From IMG/VR virus record IMGVR_UViG_3300032030_000016: DNA of 64,000 nucleotides. One strand, written 5' to 3'. Source of the DNA: a virus (taxonomy: Duplodnaviria; Caudoviricetes). Shown in pieces: positions 47,713 through 59,028 of this stretch. Each line of letters begins with the position of its first letter. Within the stretch, counting starts at the first letter, position 1. The notes under the pieces were generated by a model, which searched no databases, was not told the DNA's origin, and saw only the letters and a list, made by a program, of their open reading frames with translations. A program made the position numbers and the translations under genes.

Positions 47713-47750
47713 ATAAAAAATACCATAAAAATTTTTATGGTATTTTTTAT
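47713..47750. terminator. perfect 38-bp palindrome after the holin
   Basis: ATAAAAAATACCATAAAAATTTTTATGGTATTTTTTAT. Confidence 0.6.
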
Positions 47751-47773
47751 ATGGAAGAAAAGGAAAAAATATT

Positions 47774-48343
47774 ATGTTTAATGAAAAAATTAAATTAAAT
47801 TTAGATAATTTTGATAATACTGTAACAAAAGAAATAAATGGGCAAGAATTTAAATTCAATAAATATCTTGGACAAGATCTTTGTAAGACCGTTATAGATG
47901 AATGTATAGATAGATTTATTGAAATTAATAATGAGAATCATGATTTTGCATCATCTATAATGTCAGTTTTACAAACTATGAATATTTCTTTATGTTATTT
48001 AACAACAAATATTGATATTGATAATGTTTCTTATGAGGATTTATGCGCAATTGGAATTTTCAAAGCTATTGAAGAAACATTGATTAATTATAAAGAAATC
48101 AAAGATAATGTAATGTCTTGCATTGGTCTTATGTTTGACTATATTATTTTTAATGCAATTGAACAACTTCCTTCAAGTAAACAAATGACTGATAATTTGC
48201 AAGACATAAAAGAAATTTTTGAATCAAATCCAGAAAAAGCTAAAGAATATGCGGATATAGTTATAGCAAATCATCCAGAATTAAAAGGATTTGGTGAAAT
48301 ATTTGAAAATATTTTAAAAAATTTAAACAATAAAAAAGAATAA
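47774..48343 (+). CDS. hypothetical protein upstream of the tape measure (possible chaperone)
   Basis: Position. Confidence 0.55.
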   Translation: MFNEKIKLNLDNFDNTVTKEINGQEFKFNKYLGQDLCKTVIDECIDRFIEINNENHDFASSIMSVLQTMNISLCYLTTNIDIDNVSYEDLCAIGIFKAIEETLINYKEIKDNVMSCIGLMFDYIIFNAIEQLPSSKQMTDNLQDIKEIFESNPEKAKEYADIVIANHPELKGFGEIFENILKNLNNKKE

Positions 48344-48391
48344 AAAATTAAAAGGCTTTTTAGCCTTTAATGTATAACTTTGGAGGTTAAA

Positions 48392-51300
48392 ATGGCTAAT
48401 TATAATATTAATGTAAAAGCAAAAGTAGATGTACAACAAATAAAAAGCAGTATAAGGCAATCACTTGCTGAAACTACAATAAGAGTTGCACCAAAATTTG
48501 ATGTATTTGCTGATGATAATAATATTGCAGAATTTAGAAAAGCAGTTGCTAAAATTCTTAATGCAGAACCTATATCAATTACTTTAGCTGAACCAACAAA
48601 TGACAATATATCAAAAATATTAGGTGAAATCAATAAAAAGTTTATTATTACTCCTACTTTAAAATTTGACACTAATAAAGGTTCTGAATTTAAAACACAA
48701 TTAGATGACATAAAACAAGCTATAGATGAATTTGGAAAAAGTTCTAAAGCAAAAATTTCTTTTGATGTAGACTCTGAAAGTCATAATCAATTATTAAAAA
48801 TAATTGATAATATTAATCAAAAGCAAAATATAGAAGTTGGTTTTTCATATAATGAACAACAAGTACAAAAATTATCAGATTTATTTCATGATTTAGAAGG
48901 TGGAATAAAAGAATTAGATAAAGGTGCTATTGAAATATCATTTGCACCTATTTCTGATACACACTTAGTTCCCATAAAAACAAAAATTGACGACTATTTC
49001 AAAAATAATCCCATAACATTAACTATTGCTGAGACTACAGGTGGGATTGATTTATCTTCTTTTTCTGAAACATGGAAGCAACTATCTGCTGAAAAAGAAA
49101 AAATATATCAAGAATCTAATATAAAAATTAAAGAGCAAGAAGAAAACATAAATAAAGAACTACAAATTAATTATGAAAAATATCTTGCAGAAAAAAGAAA
49201 AGCTCAAGAAAAAGAAAATCAAGAATCACAGCAAAGACAAAAAGAAGCTTCAGAAAATACAAAAGTTATTCTTCATGATGAAATAGAAGAACATAAAAAT
49301 GTTTTTAATGAAAAAATCAATAATTTAAAAGAATATTTAAATTATTTAAAAGAAGAAAATCAAAATTTAAAAGATAATATTGATATTCAAGAAGAAGCAG
49401 ATAAACAATATATAGCATTATCTGAAGAAAAAAAACAACAAATAAAAGATATATCTAAAGCAGAACATGATTATGGAATATCTGTATCATATTTAACAGA
49501 ACTTTATAAAACACAGTCTTATACTTTTGAAGAGTATTCTAAAAGTATAAAAGAGACAATGCAAAAAGCAACAGAAGAAGGATTAGTTTCTCCAGAATTA
49601 ATTCAGAAAACATCTTTATTGCTTGATAAATTATATAAAGAAACTCAAGATAAACAAGAAAAAGCAAACCAAAAAGCTCAACAAGAGAGAAAAAAAGAAG
49701 AAGAACGTGTTGCTAAACATCTTGAAAATATAAGAAACAAAACTCTAAAAGAACAAGAGCAAACACAAAAACAGCAAGAACAAGCATGGAATAAAGAAAC
49801 TCAAGACCTTCAAGAAAAATATAATAAACAACTTATATCCACTGAAGAATACATTGAAAAAATGGAAATTCTTGTTAAACAAGGATTTGATAACGGATAT
49901 GATAAAGCTAATCATTATTCTAATTCTCTTGAACAGGTGAAACAAAAACAAGATAAAGCTGGACAAAGTGCTGATAATTTAAGAAATAAAGTAAATAATC
50001 TTGGTTTAAAATTTGATAATGTCTTCAATTCTTTAATGCGTTACTTTGGTGTAACAAAAATATTCGATGCTGTCCAAAGTTCTTTTTCAAAAATGATTCA
50101 AGAAGTTCGAGATTTAGATGTTGAACTTACTGAGTTCTCTAAAGTAACGGACTTATCGGTAAATGAAACCAATAAGTTTGTTGACAGTTGTTATGAATTA
50201 GGTGATGCAGTATCAAGAACAGGAACAGAAGTCATTCAGGCCACTACATTATTTAAAAAAATGGGTTATGAAATTGATGAATCTATGCAATTTGCAAAAG
50301 ATGCATTAATATGGACAAATGTTGCCGATGGAATAGTAACTGTTGAGAATGCATCAACTATGCTTATTTCTACAATGAAAGCATTTGAAGAGCAAGGCAT
50401 TTCAAGTACACATATTATTGATGCATTAAACGAAGTATCAAATAAATATTCAACATCTTCTTCTGCTCTTTCTGATAATCTTTCTACTGTATCTGCTACT
50501 TTAGCTGTTAGTGGGACTAGTTTTGAACAAACAATTGGCCTTTTAACAGCAGGTATTGAAATTATGCCAGATAAGGCATCAAAAGTAGCAAATGGCTTAA
50601 AGACTATTTCTCAAAGAATTAGACAAATAGACGGAGATACTGCTGATAAACTTGATGAATTTCTAGGTTCAAAAGGAATTTCTCGTTATGATGAATTAAC
50701 AGGACAGCTAAAGGGAACTTATGATCTTTTAGAGGAAATTGCTGGACAATGGAATAAACTATCTATTAACGAAAAACAATATCTTGGCGAAACAATGGCT
50801 GGTAAAAATCAAATTACTGTTATGAATGCCTTGATGATGAATTTTAAAACCGCAATTGAAGCCACTAATACAGCAATGAATTCATCTGGTTCAGCATCTA
50901 AAGAACTTCAAAGAGTATTAAATAGTATTCAAGGACATCTTCAAAAATTTAAAACAACTTTTGAAAAGCTGTCTTATAAATTAATTGATACTAGTGCTAT
51001 AAAAGAGTTTATTGATCTTGGAACTAATGTATTAAGAGTACTTGGTGAGGTTTCAATATCTATAAAACCAATATTGAAAGCTGTAGAAGCAATTGCTTTT
51101 ATTATAAATATTCCATTTAAAATTATTGATGCTTCAAATAAAAAACTTGAAGAAACAAAAGAAACTCTTATAAGTTTAAAACAAGAAGAAAAGAATAATC
51201 TTGATGATACAATTAAAAAATATGAAGAACTTCAAAATTTATATAATTCAGAAAACTTATCTCAAAAAGAGAAGACTGAAATTTTAAGAGAAATAATAAA

Positions 51301-54300
51301 GCTAAATGAAGGAAATTTTCTTGCTAATAATAATATCAATGAAGAGATTCGTTTACAAAATGAAAGATTGTACACTCAAAAAGGTATTTTAGCTAGTATT
51401 AATGAACAAAATGCAAAAAACGCTTTATTTGATTCTGGATTTTTAGGAATTAAAGATGCAACTCGCTCTCTCTTAGATTTAAATAAAAGTATATCTGATA
51501 TTATTTTTTCTGAATCAGGAAAAATAAAATATACTGATTTGATTGATTCTGAAGACATATCCCTTAATATAAAAAAAGATACACTACAAAGTATATTGGA
51601 TGCATTAAATGAGATACCTGTTGAAAGCAGAGGCTTAGATTGGTTAGGTATTTACGATACAGTATCTACTGATTTAAAAGCCATTAATAATGTCGTTGAT
51701 GATGTTAATAAATATGCTGAAGAAGCTGTATCAAGTATGCTTCAAGCGACTGGTAGAAATATAAAAACCATGTCGGATGAAGAACTAAAAAATTTAAAAA
51801 ATCAAATTGATGGAATAACAGACAGAAAAGACATTATCTTTTCTATTAGTGCCGACACAGAGCAAATTGAACAACTTGGCAACATGATTGATAATGAGTT
51901 ATCTGCTAGAGCGGAATCAGGATCAAATAATGTGGTAAACAGTATTGATGAAATTAATTTATCGCTTTCTGGTGCCATAGCAATAATGAGTGATTATGCT
52001 TCTCAGGCTGAAATATTATCTCAAGCTCAAGAAGATATAACTAATTCTGGAGTAATAAGTGCTGAAACATTAAAGAAAATAGCAGATGCAGGGCTTTTAG
52101 CTTATCTTACTATTGATGAAACAACAGGTTCACTCGTTGTAAATACACAAGCATTTCTTGATAATAATGCATCTTTGGAAGATAATACAATTGCTGAATA
52201 TGTAGCAACAGAACAAAAAAAATATGATGCGGACATTACAGATATTTTATCTGGAAATTTAGATACAGCTACATCATCTACAGATAAATTAACTTCAGCT
52301 ACTAAACAAAGCGGAGAAGAAGCTTTAAATGCAGCCTTAAAACATGCTGAAAATGCAGAAGCCCTAATAGCAGAAAAACGGGCAACAGGAGAACTTACTG
52401 ATGCACAAGTGGAGGCAATAAGAACAAGAGCTGCCACTTTCAAGTCAGAAGTTCAAACAGGTGTTGCACTTCTTAGAGGCTATTTTTCTAATGTTACACA
52501 AGCAAGAACGGCAACTTCAAGAGGTGCTTCTCATAGTTCAACACCATCTTCATCATCATCCTCTTCATCTCGTTCCAACAGTTCATCCACAAAAAGCAGT
52601 GAAGACCTTTGGAAAAAAGAATTTGAAAAACAACAAAAGATACTTAAGCATTATCTTGAAATGGAAGAAATTACCGAAAGACAGTATTATGCTTCCTTGA
52701 AGATACTTAATGACCAATTCTTCAAAGATAGAGTTGAATATGAAGAAGAATACTTAAAATATCAAGAAGAGATTTATAAAGGTGAGAAGAAATTTGTTCA
52801 AAGAATTTTTGAACGAACAGAAGCCATCCTTGAAAATCAACTTGAAGCAAGTATGATTACTTCAAAAGAGTATTTTGATAAACTTGAATCTTTATACACC
52901 ACATATTATACCAAACAAGAAGATTTAGAAGACAGATTATTTGAGCTTAAAAAACAAAGATACCAATATGAAAAACAGCAAATTCAAGATCAAATAAATC
53001 TTATGGAATCTCAAATGTCAAAACTTCTTCAAAGAGGCGAAGGATTATTAAAACATCGTCTTGCTATGGACGAAATAACTCAAACTCAATATCTTAACGC
53101 ACTTGAAGCACTTTATCTTTCATATTATGAAGATAGAGAAGAACTTGAAGAAAAGCTTTGGGAAGTTGAAGAAGGTAGATATGAAGAGCGAAAAAAAAAA
53201 CTCGATACGGTTATTTCTTATGCTATTAGTGTTATAGATGAAGAAATTGATAAACTTAAAAAAGAAAAAGAATCTATTGATGAAGTAAATGATTCAATAG
53301 AAGAACAAATAAAACTTCAAGAACTTCAAGATAACTTAGAAAAAGCAAGAAATAGAAAAATAAGAGTATATCGTAAAGGACAAGGCTTTGTTTACGAACA
53401 AGATACGCAAGCCATTAGTGAAGCTCAAACTGCATTAGATGAATACAAAAGAGAATTAAGCCATAAAAAAAAAATCTCAATGATTGATGAAGAAATTGAA
53501 AATCTTGAGAAATATAAGGAAAAATGGCAAAGTATTACAGATAATTATACAAAATCCCAAAATGAAATGGTTGTAAAAGGTATTTTGGGTGAAAATGCAA
53601 GACAAAAAATTCTCGAAGATGAAAAATCTTATGCTGAAAGTCTTGGTAATCAATATGTTGACACCAAAGATAAGGTATCTGATGCTCAAACAGGAATGAC
53701 TTCTGATGCGCAAGAAGGATTATCTGCAAGAGAAGAACTTTACACAACTGAAAAACTTATCGTTGATAGTATAGGTGACAAATATTGGGAGACCAGAGGA
53801 AAAGCTAAAGATGCAAATGAAGCAATCATAACTGATTTAGGTTTATTTATTGGTAGTGAAGATGATCCTAATTCTTTGAGTGGTAAAATCAAAATAATTA
53901 ATGATGAACTTGCTAAAGTTGGTAATGCTACTATCACTGTAGGAATAGATGGCAATAAATACATTCAAACAGTACAAAGTATAGAAGATTTAGGTTTAGT
54001 TATTGATGGTTTAAGAGGAAAAGAATATACTGAATTAACCATTGATATTAATGGCACAGAATATGAATTAAGTAAACAAGAAATTAAAGTTATTCATGAC
54101 GCTATTGATAATTTACAGGGTAAAACGTTAATTATTAAAATTGATGACCAAACTAAAGAATCTCTATCTGACATTCAACACACAGTTGATTCATTAGAAG
54201 GGAAAATCTTACAGATTGGTATTCAAAATAACATATCTGATGATGATATAACTGCAATTCAAGCTTTACTCAATAAACTAAAGAACAAAGTAATAGAAGT

Positions 54301-56428
54301 TAGTCTTCAAGATACTATTAGCGATACTGAATTAGATGATATTCAAAATGATATTAATGCATTACAAGGTAAATTAATTGAAGTTGGTATTGATACTGGA
54401 ACTTATAAAGATGATTTAAATACTATCCAAAATGCTATTGATGAAATGACAGGTAAAGCATTACCTATTGATATCAATGACCAAACTCAAACACCTTTAT
54501 CTGATATTCAGACTGCCCTTGACGCTTTAAAAGATGCCGATATAGAAGTAAAAACCAATGATATACAAACAATTCTTGATGATTTAGAGCAAACAAAAAA
54601 TGATATTGAAGAATTAAATGGTTCAAAAGCAGAACTTGAAATCGGGTGGAAAAAGGAGAATGGACAGACTCAATTAGAAATTCTCGAAAATTCTATGGCC
54701 GATTGGCAAACTACATATACAACTTATCTATCTGAAATCATTGATAAATTAAGAACATTAATTGAATCTCAAAAACAGGCTGGTTCTTATGATATTACCG
54801 GTTCTGGCAGTAGCGCAACATATCAATCTACTTATTCATATACACCACAAGTTGGAGATAAAGTCTCTGTCACCAAAGCATATCAAGATGCGAATCCTAA
54901 TTGGCCACTTTTAGGATTAGATCATTGGGTAGTTCAACCTGATTATGAAAACGAAGGATATTGGAAAATATCAAATCAAGGGCCAAATGGAGGAATAGAT
55001 TATTCCGTACCTACTTCTGCATTATATAAATCTGGCACTACAGATCCATCTTTATTGAGTTATGGTACAACTAATTCAACAGGTGGTGGTGGTAGTAGTG
55101 GGGGCACTTCATCAGGTGGTGGAGGTACTTCATCTGGTAGTGGTGGTTCTAATAGTAGTACATCGAGCGGAAGCAGTGGAAATACATCATCTGGTAGTGA
55201 TACATCATCAACATCCGAGGTGGTATCGTTAAATGGTATCAAAGTGGGAGATACTGTTTATGCTGGTGAAATATATTATACAAGCTTTGGTGGTAAATAT
55301 ACAAGACATTTTAGACTTTATAATAATTCAGATGAAAATTATAAAGTCACTGATATCGATAAAGAAAATAAAAAATTTTACCTAGAAGGATTAGGATGGC
55401 GGTCTTGGGAACTTGTTTCTACATCAAAAACATTAAATACTTTTCCCGCTTATAATCAGTCACCTAATTATGAACCAGAAATTGTCATGTCTGATTCACT
55501 AACTTCTTCAGATTTTTCGTCTGGAGAAAAAGTAAAAGTGATAAATAAGTCTATTCCTTATTATGATGACAACTATGTTTGGACTGTTGCAGATATAGCT
55601 AATTCAGATGCATCTGATGGAAGCTATAAAAAAGGAATGGTTAGATTAAAAAATGAAGATGGAACTATAGTAACAGCTGTTTGGCCAAGTAATTTGCAAA
55701 AAGTCGATGGCACCTCTACTAATCAACAACAATCTTCTTCATCTGATAATAATCAACAACAACAAGACAATACTCCCGCCAATGGCGCTTCAAGAAACAA
55801 TAATGGACAATGGGAGTATTATAATGCCGAAAAAGGTGAATGGTGGCCATATGATTACATAACAACAGGGGGGACTAGTTACTTTGAAAATCCTGTAACA
55901 CATGAAAGAATAGAAGATGAATCATCATCAGGAGGCAGTTCATCTAGTGGAGGCAGTTCATCTGGTGGAGGCAGTTCTGGATATTATGATGGTAGTTATT
56001 CTGACTATGTTCAACAAAATGGTACATACGATCCTAGCACTGGTGGATATTATATGGATGGTATATATTTTGGTCCGGGGAATTTTGCTTCTGGTACTCT
56101 CGCCACAAAATCTAAAACATTTATGGTAAATGAAAATGGTATTGAAGCAATGGTTACACCAGATGGTACAGTTATTAGTGCTCCAACACCCGGATATGGT
56201 GTAATTAAAAATGAATACACAGAACGACTTACTGATTTTGCTGCTGATCCATTACAGTTTCTTAATAAAGAATTTTCTGGTTATGTTGGTAATTATAAAA
56301 ATAATCAAAATAATAATCAAGTTATTAATATCAATGGCGATTTAAACCTTCCTAATGTTACCAATGGTGAATCTTTTGTTGATTCCATTAAAACTCTTGC
56401 TTTACAATATACTACGAGGAGAAAATGA
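48392..56428 (+). CDS. tail tape measure protein (TP901-type core)
   Basis: 2678 aa; ELTEFSKVT, LNEVSNKY, AGKNQ; coiled coils; C-terminal FASGT...VNENG.E. Confidence 0.92.
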   Translation: MANYNINVKAKVDVQQIKSSIRQSLAETTIRVAPKFDVFADDNNIAEFRKAVAKILNAEPISITLAEPTNDNISKILGEINKKFIITPTLKFDTNKGSEFKTQLDDIKQAIDEFGKSSKAKISFDVDSESHNQLLKIIDNINQKQNIEVGFSYNEQQVQKLSDLFHDLEGGIKELDKGAIEISFAPISDTHLVPIKTKIDDYFKNNPITLTIAETTGGIDLSSFSETWKQLSAEKEKIYQESNIKIKEQEENINKELQINYEKYLAEKRKAQEKENQESQQRQKEASENTKVILHDEIEEHKNVFNEKINNLKEYLNYLKEENQNLKDNIDIQEEADKQYIALSEEKKQQIKDISKAEHDYGISVSYLTELYKTQSYTFEEYSKSIKETMQKATEEGLVSPELIQKTSLLLDKLYKETQDKQEKANQKAQQERKKEEERVAKHLENIRNKTLKEQEQTQKQQEQAWNKETQDLQEKYNKQLISTEEYIEKMEILVKQGFDNGYDKANHYSNSLEQVKQKQDKAGQSADNLRNKVNNLGLKFDNVFNSLMRYFGVTKIFDAVQSSFSKMIQEVRDLDVELTEFSKVTDLSVNETNKFVDSCYELGDAVSRTGTEVIQATTLFKKMGYEIDESMQFAKDALIWTNVADGIVTVENASTMLISTMKAFEEQGISSTHIIDALNEVSNKYSTSSSALSDNLSTVSATLAVSGTSFEQTIGLLTAGIEIMPDKASKVANGLKTISQRIRQIDGDTADKLDEFLGSKGISRYDELTGQLKGTYDLLEEIAGQWNKLSINEKQYLGETMAGKNQITVMNALMMNFKTAIEATNTAMNSSGSASKELQRVLNSIQGHLQKFKTTFEKLSYKLIDTSAIKEFIDLGTNVLRVLGEVSISIKPILKAVEAIAFIINIPFKIIDASNKKLEETKETLISLKQEEKNNLDDTIKKYEELQNLYNSENLSQKEKTEILREIIKLNEGNFLANNNINEEIRLQNERLYTQKGILASINEQNAKNALFDSGFLGIKDATRSLLDLNKSISDIIFSESGKIKYTDLIDSEDISLNIKKDTLQSILDALNEIPVESRGLDWLGIYDTVSTDLKAINNVVDDVNKYAEEAVSSMLQATGRNIKTMSDEELKNLKNQIDGITDRKDIIFSISADTEQIEQLGNMIDNELSARAESGSNNVVNSIDEINLSLSGAIAIMSDYASQAEILSQAQEDITNSGVISAETLKKIADAGLLAYLTIDETTGSLVVNTQAFLDNNASLEDNTIAEYVATEQKKYDADITDILSGNLDTATSSTDKLTSATKQSGEEALNAALKHAENAEALIAEKRATGELTDAQVEAIRTRAATFKSEVQTGVALLRGYFSNVTQARTATSRGASHSSTPSSSSSSSSRSNSSSTKSSEDLWKKEFEKQQKILKHYLEMEEITERQYYASLKILNDQFFKDRVEYEEEYLKYQEEIYKGEKKFVQRIFERTEAILENQLEASMITSKEYFDKLESLYTTYYTKQEDLEDRLFELKKQRYQYEKQQIQDQINLMESQMSKLLQRGEGLLKHRLAMDEITQTQYLNALEALYLSYYEDREELEEKLWEVEEGRYEERKKKLDTVISYAISVIDEEIDKLKKEKESIDEVNDSIEEQIKLQELQDNLEKARNRKIRVYRKGQGFVYEQDTQAISEAQTALDEYKRELSHKKKISMIDEEIENLEKYKEKWQSITDNYTKSQNEMVVKGILGENARQKILEDEKSYAESLGNQYVDTKDKVSDAQTGMTSDAQEGLSAREELYTTEKLIVDSIGDKYWETRGKAKDANEAIITDLGLFIGSEDDPNSLSGKIKIINDELAKVGNATITVGIDGNKYIQTVQSIEDLGLVIDGLRGKEYTELTIDINGTEYELSKQEIKVIHDAIDNLQGKTLIIKIDDQTKESLSDIQHTVDSLEGKILQIGIQNNISDDDITAIQALLNKLKNKVIEVSLQDTISDTELDDIQNDINALQGKLIEVGIDTGTYKDDLNTIQNAIDEMTGKALPIDINDQTQTPLSDIQTALDALKDADIEVKTNDIQTILDDLEQTKNDIEELNGSKAELEIGWKKENGQTQLEILENSMADWQTTYTTYLSEIIDKLRTLIESQKQAGSYDITGSGSSATYQSTYSYTPQVGDKVSVTKAYQDANPNWPLLGLDHWVVQPDYENEGYWKISNQGPNGGIDYSVPTSALYKSGTTDPSLLSYGTTNSTGGGGSSGGTSSGGGGTSSGSGGSNSSTSSGSSGNTSSGSDTSSTSEVVSLNGIKVGDTVYAGEIYYTSFGGKYTRHFRLYNNSDENYKVTDIDKENKKFYLEGLGWRSWELVSTSKTLNTFPAYNQSPNYEPEIVMSDSLTSSDFSSGEKVKVINKSIPYYDDNYVWTVADIANSDASDGSYKKGMVRLKNEDGTIVTAVWPSNLQKVDGTSTNQQQSSSSDNNQQQQDNTPANGASRNNNGQWEYYNAEKGEWWPYDYITTGGTSYFENPVTHERIEDESSSGGSSSSGGSSSGGGSSGYYDGSYSDYVQQNGTYDPSTGGYYMDGIYFGPGNFASGTLATKSKTFMVNENGIEAMVTPDGTVISAPTPGYGVIKNEYTERLTDFAADPLQFLNKEFSGYVGNYKNNQNNNQVININGDLNLPNVTNGESFVDSIKTLALQYTTRRK
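55931..55978 (+). repeat. 18-bp Ser/Gly tandem repeat within the TMP gene
   Basis: GGAGGCAGTTCATCTRGT x2 plus a partial copy. Confidence 0.8.
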
Positions 56429-56973
56429 ATAATCCTGCACAACAAATAATTGAAGCCATACAAATACTTGTTGACAATGCTATGAAAAAAACCACAAATA
56501 TTAATGGAGGTATTATTACCTCCATTAATAATGATGGCAGATATTCTGTTTTAGTAAAAGGTAAAACAAATATTCTAAAAGCATATCCAAGAACAAGATC
56601 ACTTTCTGTGGGCGACACAGTACAAGTTGTTACTCCGCAAGGTCAAAATAGTCAAGCTTTCATTCTTCCATGTTCATTTAATGTTATAAAAGAAAATTTA
56701 AATATAGTTGATGAAACTATAAATTCAACATCAACTCCACAAAACGATATTTATGGAATTGGTCTTTGCATAAATGATGTAAATAATGAACAAGTTGGAT
56801 ATATTAGAGCGGTTTCTTTATCAACAGGATATGATGGCATAGAAATTTTAACAACTAAAAATATAAATAATACAAATTATGAAAATAAGATAGGTCTATT
56901 CATAGATAAATCTGGAAATAATTTAATTGAAATTAGTGATCCTAGTGCTTGGAGAACAGCATTGGGAATTTAA
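56425..56973 (+). CDS. tail-tip protein (OB-fold-like N-terminus)
   Basis: GIITSI...LSVGDTVQV..PQG. Confidence 0.6.
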   Translation: MNNPAQQIIEAIQILVDNAMKKTTNINGGIITSINNDGRYSVLVKGKTNILKAYPRTRSLSVGDTVQVVTPQGQNSQAFILPCSFNVIKENLNIVDETINSTSTPQNDIYGIGLCINDVNNEQVGYIRAVSLSTGYDGIEILTTKNINNTNYENKIGLFIDKSGNNLIEISDPSAWRTALGI

Positions 56974-56999
56974 ATAAAAAAGAAAGGGGGATAAGATAG

Positions 57000-58106
57000 A
57001 TGGCTTTATCTACACCTTCACTATATGCTATTCCAGCATTTGATGCAACGTTAGATTATACTGTTGCATTTTCCGTTTCTGGTGGTGATCAAGTTGTGGC
57101 AAACAGGTTGATAGTATATAGGAATAATGATATTACAACACCCATTTATAATAATGTAGTGGAATCATATAATTTTAATCATACTATTCCAGCAAATACA
57201 TTAACAAATGGGATTTACTATGTTGCATACGTAAAAACATATGGAGTTAATGATGATATAACAGATGAAAGTGCTGGAAGTGCATTAAGTTCTGGTGCAC
57301 CATTTTATTGTTATACCACTCCTATTCTTTTATGGGATAATGAACCAGAGGGTTCTGTAATAGATACATCCTCTTTCGTTTTTCATTTTTCATATAGTCA
57401 AATTGAAAATGAAAGATTATATAGCTATATTATTAATTTATATGACCAAACTCAAACACTAATCAGTAGTAGTGGCACACAATATATTGCTTCTGCAACT
57501 GTAAATATTAGGTATGAAGTCACTGGTTTATTAAATTCAAATGATTATTATATAGAAGCGAATGGCGTTACTGTAAACAACACACAAATAACAACAGGTA
57601 AAAAACATTTTTCTGTTAATTATTATGAACCATATTCAAAACAAGGCTTTCTTGCGACAAATGACCCGTGCAATGGTTGGATTACACTGACAAATAATGT
57701 TGTTATTATAGATTCAAGTTCTTATCCTGATCCACCGAATTATGTTTATGGAAATACAGCCGTTGATATAACTGAAACGGGAAGTTATGTTAGATGGACT
57801 GGATTTACTCAATCAGATGATTTTTGCATAAGAATCTGGGGATATAATTTTACTTCTAATGAAAGAGTATTTTTCTATACGCAAGATAATATTGCATATA
57901 ATATGTCTCTGATAAGAAGAGATGGCTATGATTACGGGTCAACTGTGTTACAAAATTATTATGAATTACAAGTACAAGTAAACGATAGTCAACCATTATT
58001 TATTTATAGTAATTATATCAATCAACCAGACGAGGGCGACCAAGTATTTATTTGCATAAAAAGAATCAGCAATATGTATAGTTTATATATAGAAAATTTG
58101 GGGTAA
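57000..58106 (+). CDS. beta-rich tail protein (FN3-like repeats)
   Basis: TLTNGIYYVAYV, GLLNSNDYYIE. Confidence 0.65.
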   Translation: MALSTPSLYAIPAFDATLDYTVAFSVSGGDQVVANRLIVYRNNDITTPIYNNVVESYNFNHTIPANTLTNGIYYVAYVKTYGVNDDITDESAGSALSSGAPFYCYTTPILLWDNEPEGSVIDTSSFVFHFSYSQIENERLYSYIINLYDQTQTLISSSGTQYIASATVNIRYEVTGLLNSNDYYIEANGVTVNNTQITTGKKHFSVNYYEPYSKQGFLATNDPCNGWITLTNNVVIIDSSSYPDPPNYVYGNTAVDITETGSYVRWTGFTQSDDFCIRIWGYNFTSNERVFFYTQDNIAYNMSLIRRDGYDYGSTVLQNYYELQVQVNDSQPLFIYSNYINQPDEGDQVFICIKRISNMYSLYIENLG

Positions 58107-58109
58107 AAT

Positions 58110-59018
58110 ATGTTTAATATATTAGGATTTAATTTTTTATTTGATGCATATGCTCTTGATTCTCGTCCTACAAATGTTGAACCATTGACAACTTCCGTTG
58201 TTTCAAATGGTATTTTTAATGAAGTACAAATATCTTCTCAAGTAGATGAAACAACTATTGATACTACAATTCCTACCGCTTTTGGCGCATATGACATTTT
58301 ATTATGTAACTTTAATGGAAACATTGAAGGTGGTAGTTTGGACTATTATGATTTTGATTTAATTAAAATAAAAAGAAGAATATATGGAACATTCAATTGG
58401 ATAACATTATTTGAAATTTCTGTTTCTGAAATCTCTGACATGTATTTTACAAAATATGATTGGTTTGCAAAAACAAATACAACATATGAATATGCTTTTG
58501 TTCCTGTAACTGGTGGAGTTGAAGGTAACTACTCAATTGTTTCTGTAGATAGTGAATTTTATAAAATATATTTATGTGATTCCACAACAATCTATGCTCT
58601 TGATGCAGGAATTGTTTTTGGCAATATTTCAAAATCAAATAAAACAAATATTTTTGAACCTCTAATGGGTAAATATCCTATTGTTGTTTCTAATGCTGAA
58701 CTCGATTATAAGAGTGGAACATTAAGCGGAACAGTTATCACACCTTCTGAAGATACGACAAAAGTATGGAATTTACAAGAGAACATTAAATTACAAAACA
58801 ATATTTTAAATTTTTTAGTAAACAAAAAAGCAAAAATTTATAAAGACTGGATGGGAAATTCATATTTAATTCTCATTGTAGAAGACGTGAATCTTGTACC
58901 AAACAACAATATTGGTGGCAGATTAGCCGATATTGCTTTTAGTTTTGTTGAAATAGGTGATTCTGAAAATCAAGATGACCTTTATGAAAATGGTCTTATT
59001 GATGTTCAAATAACATAA
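58110..59018 (+). CDS. distal tail/baseplate-like protein
   Basis: TYEYAFVPV; KYPIVVSN; IAFSFVEIGD. Confidence 0.6.
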   Translation: MFNILGFNFLFDAYALDSRPTNVEPLTTSVVSNGIFNEVQISSQVDETTIDTTIPTAFGAYDILLCNFNGNIEGGSLDYYDFDLIKIKRRIYGTFNWITLFEISVSEISDMYFTKYDWFAKTNTTYEYAFVPVTGGVEGNYSIVSVDSEFYKIYLCDSTTIYALDAGIVFGNISKSNKTNIFEPLMGKYPIVVSNAELDYKSGTLSGTVITPSEDTTKVWNLQENIKLQNNILNFLVNKKAKIYKDWMGNSYLILIVEDVNLVPNNNIGGRLADIAFSFVEIGDSENQDDLYENGLIDVQIT

Positions 59019-59028
59019 AGGATATAAG

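Noticed and set aside
47774-48391. Programmed frameshift tail chaperone pair
   Set aside because: No room for a second ORF before the TMP start.
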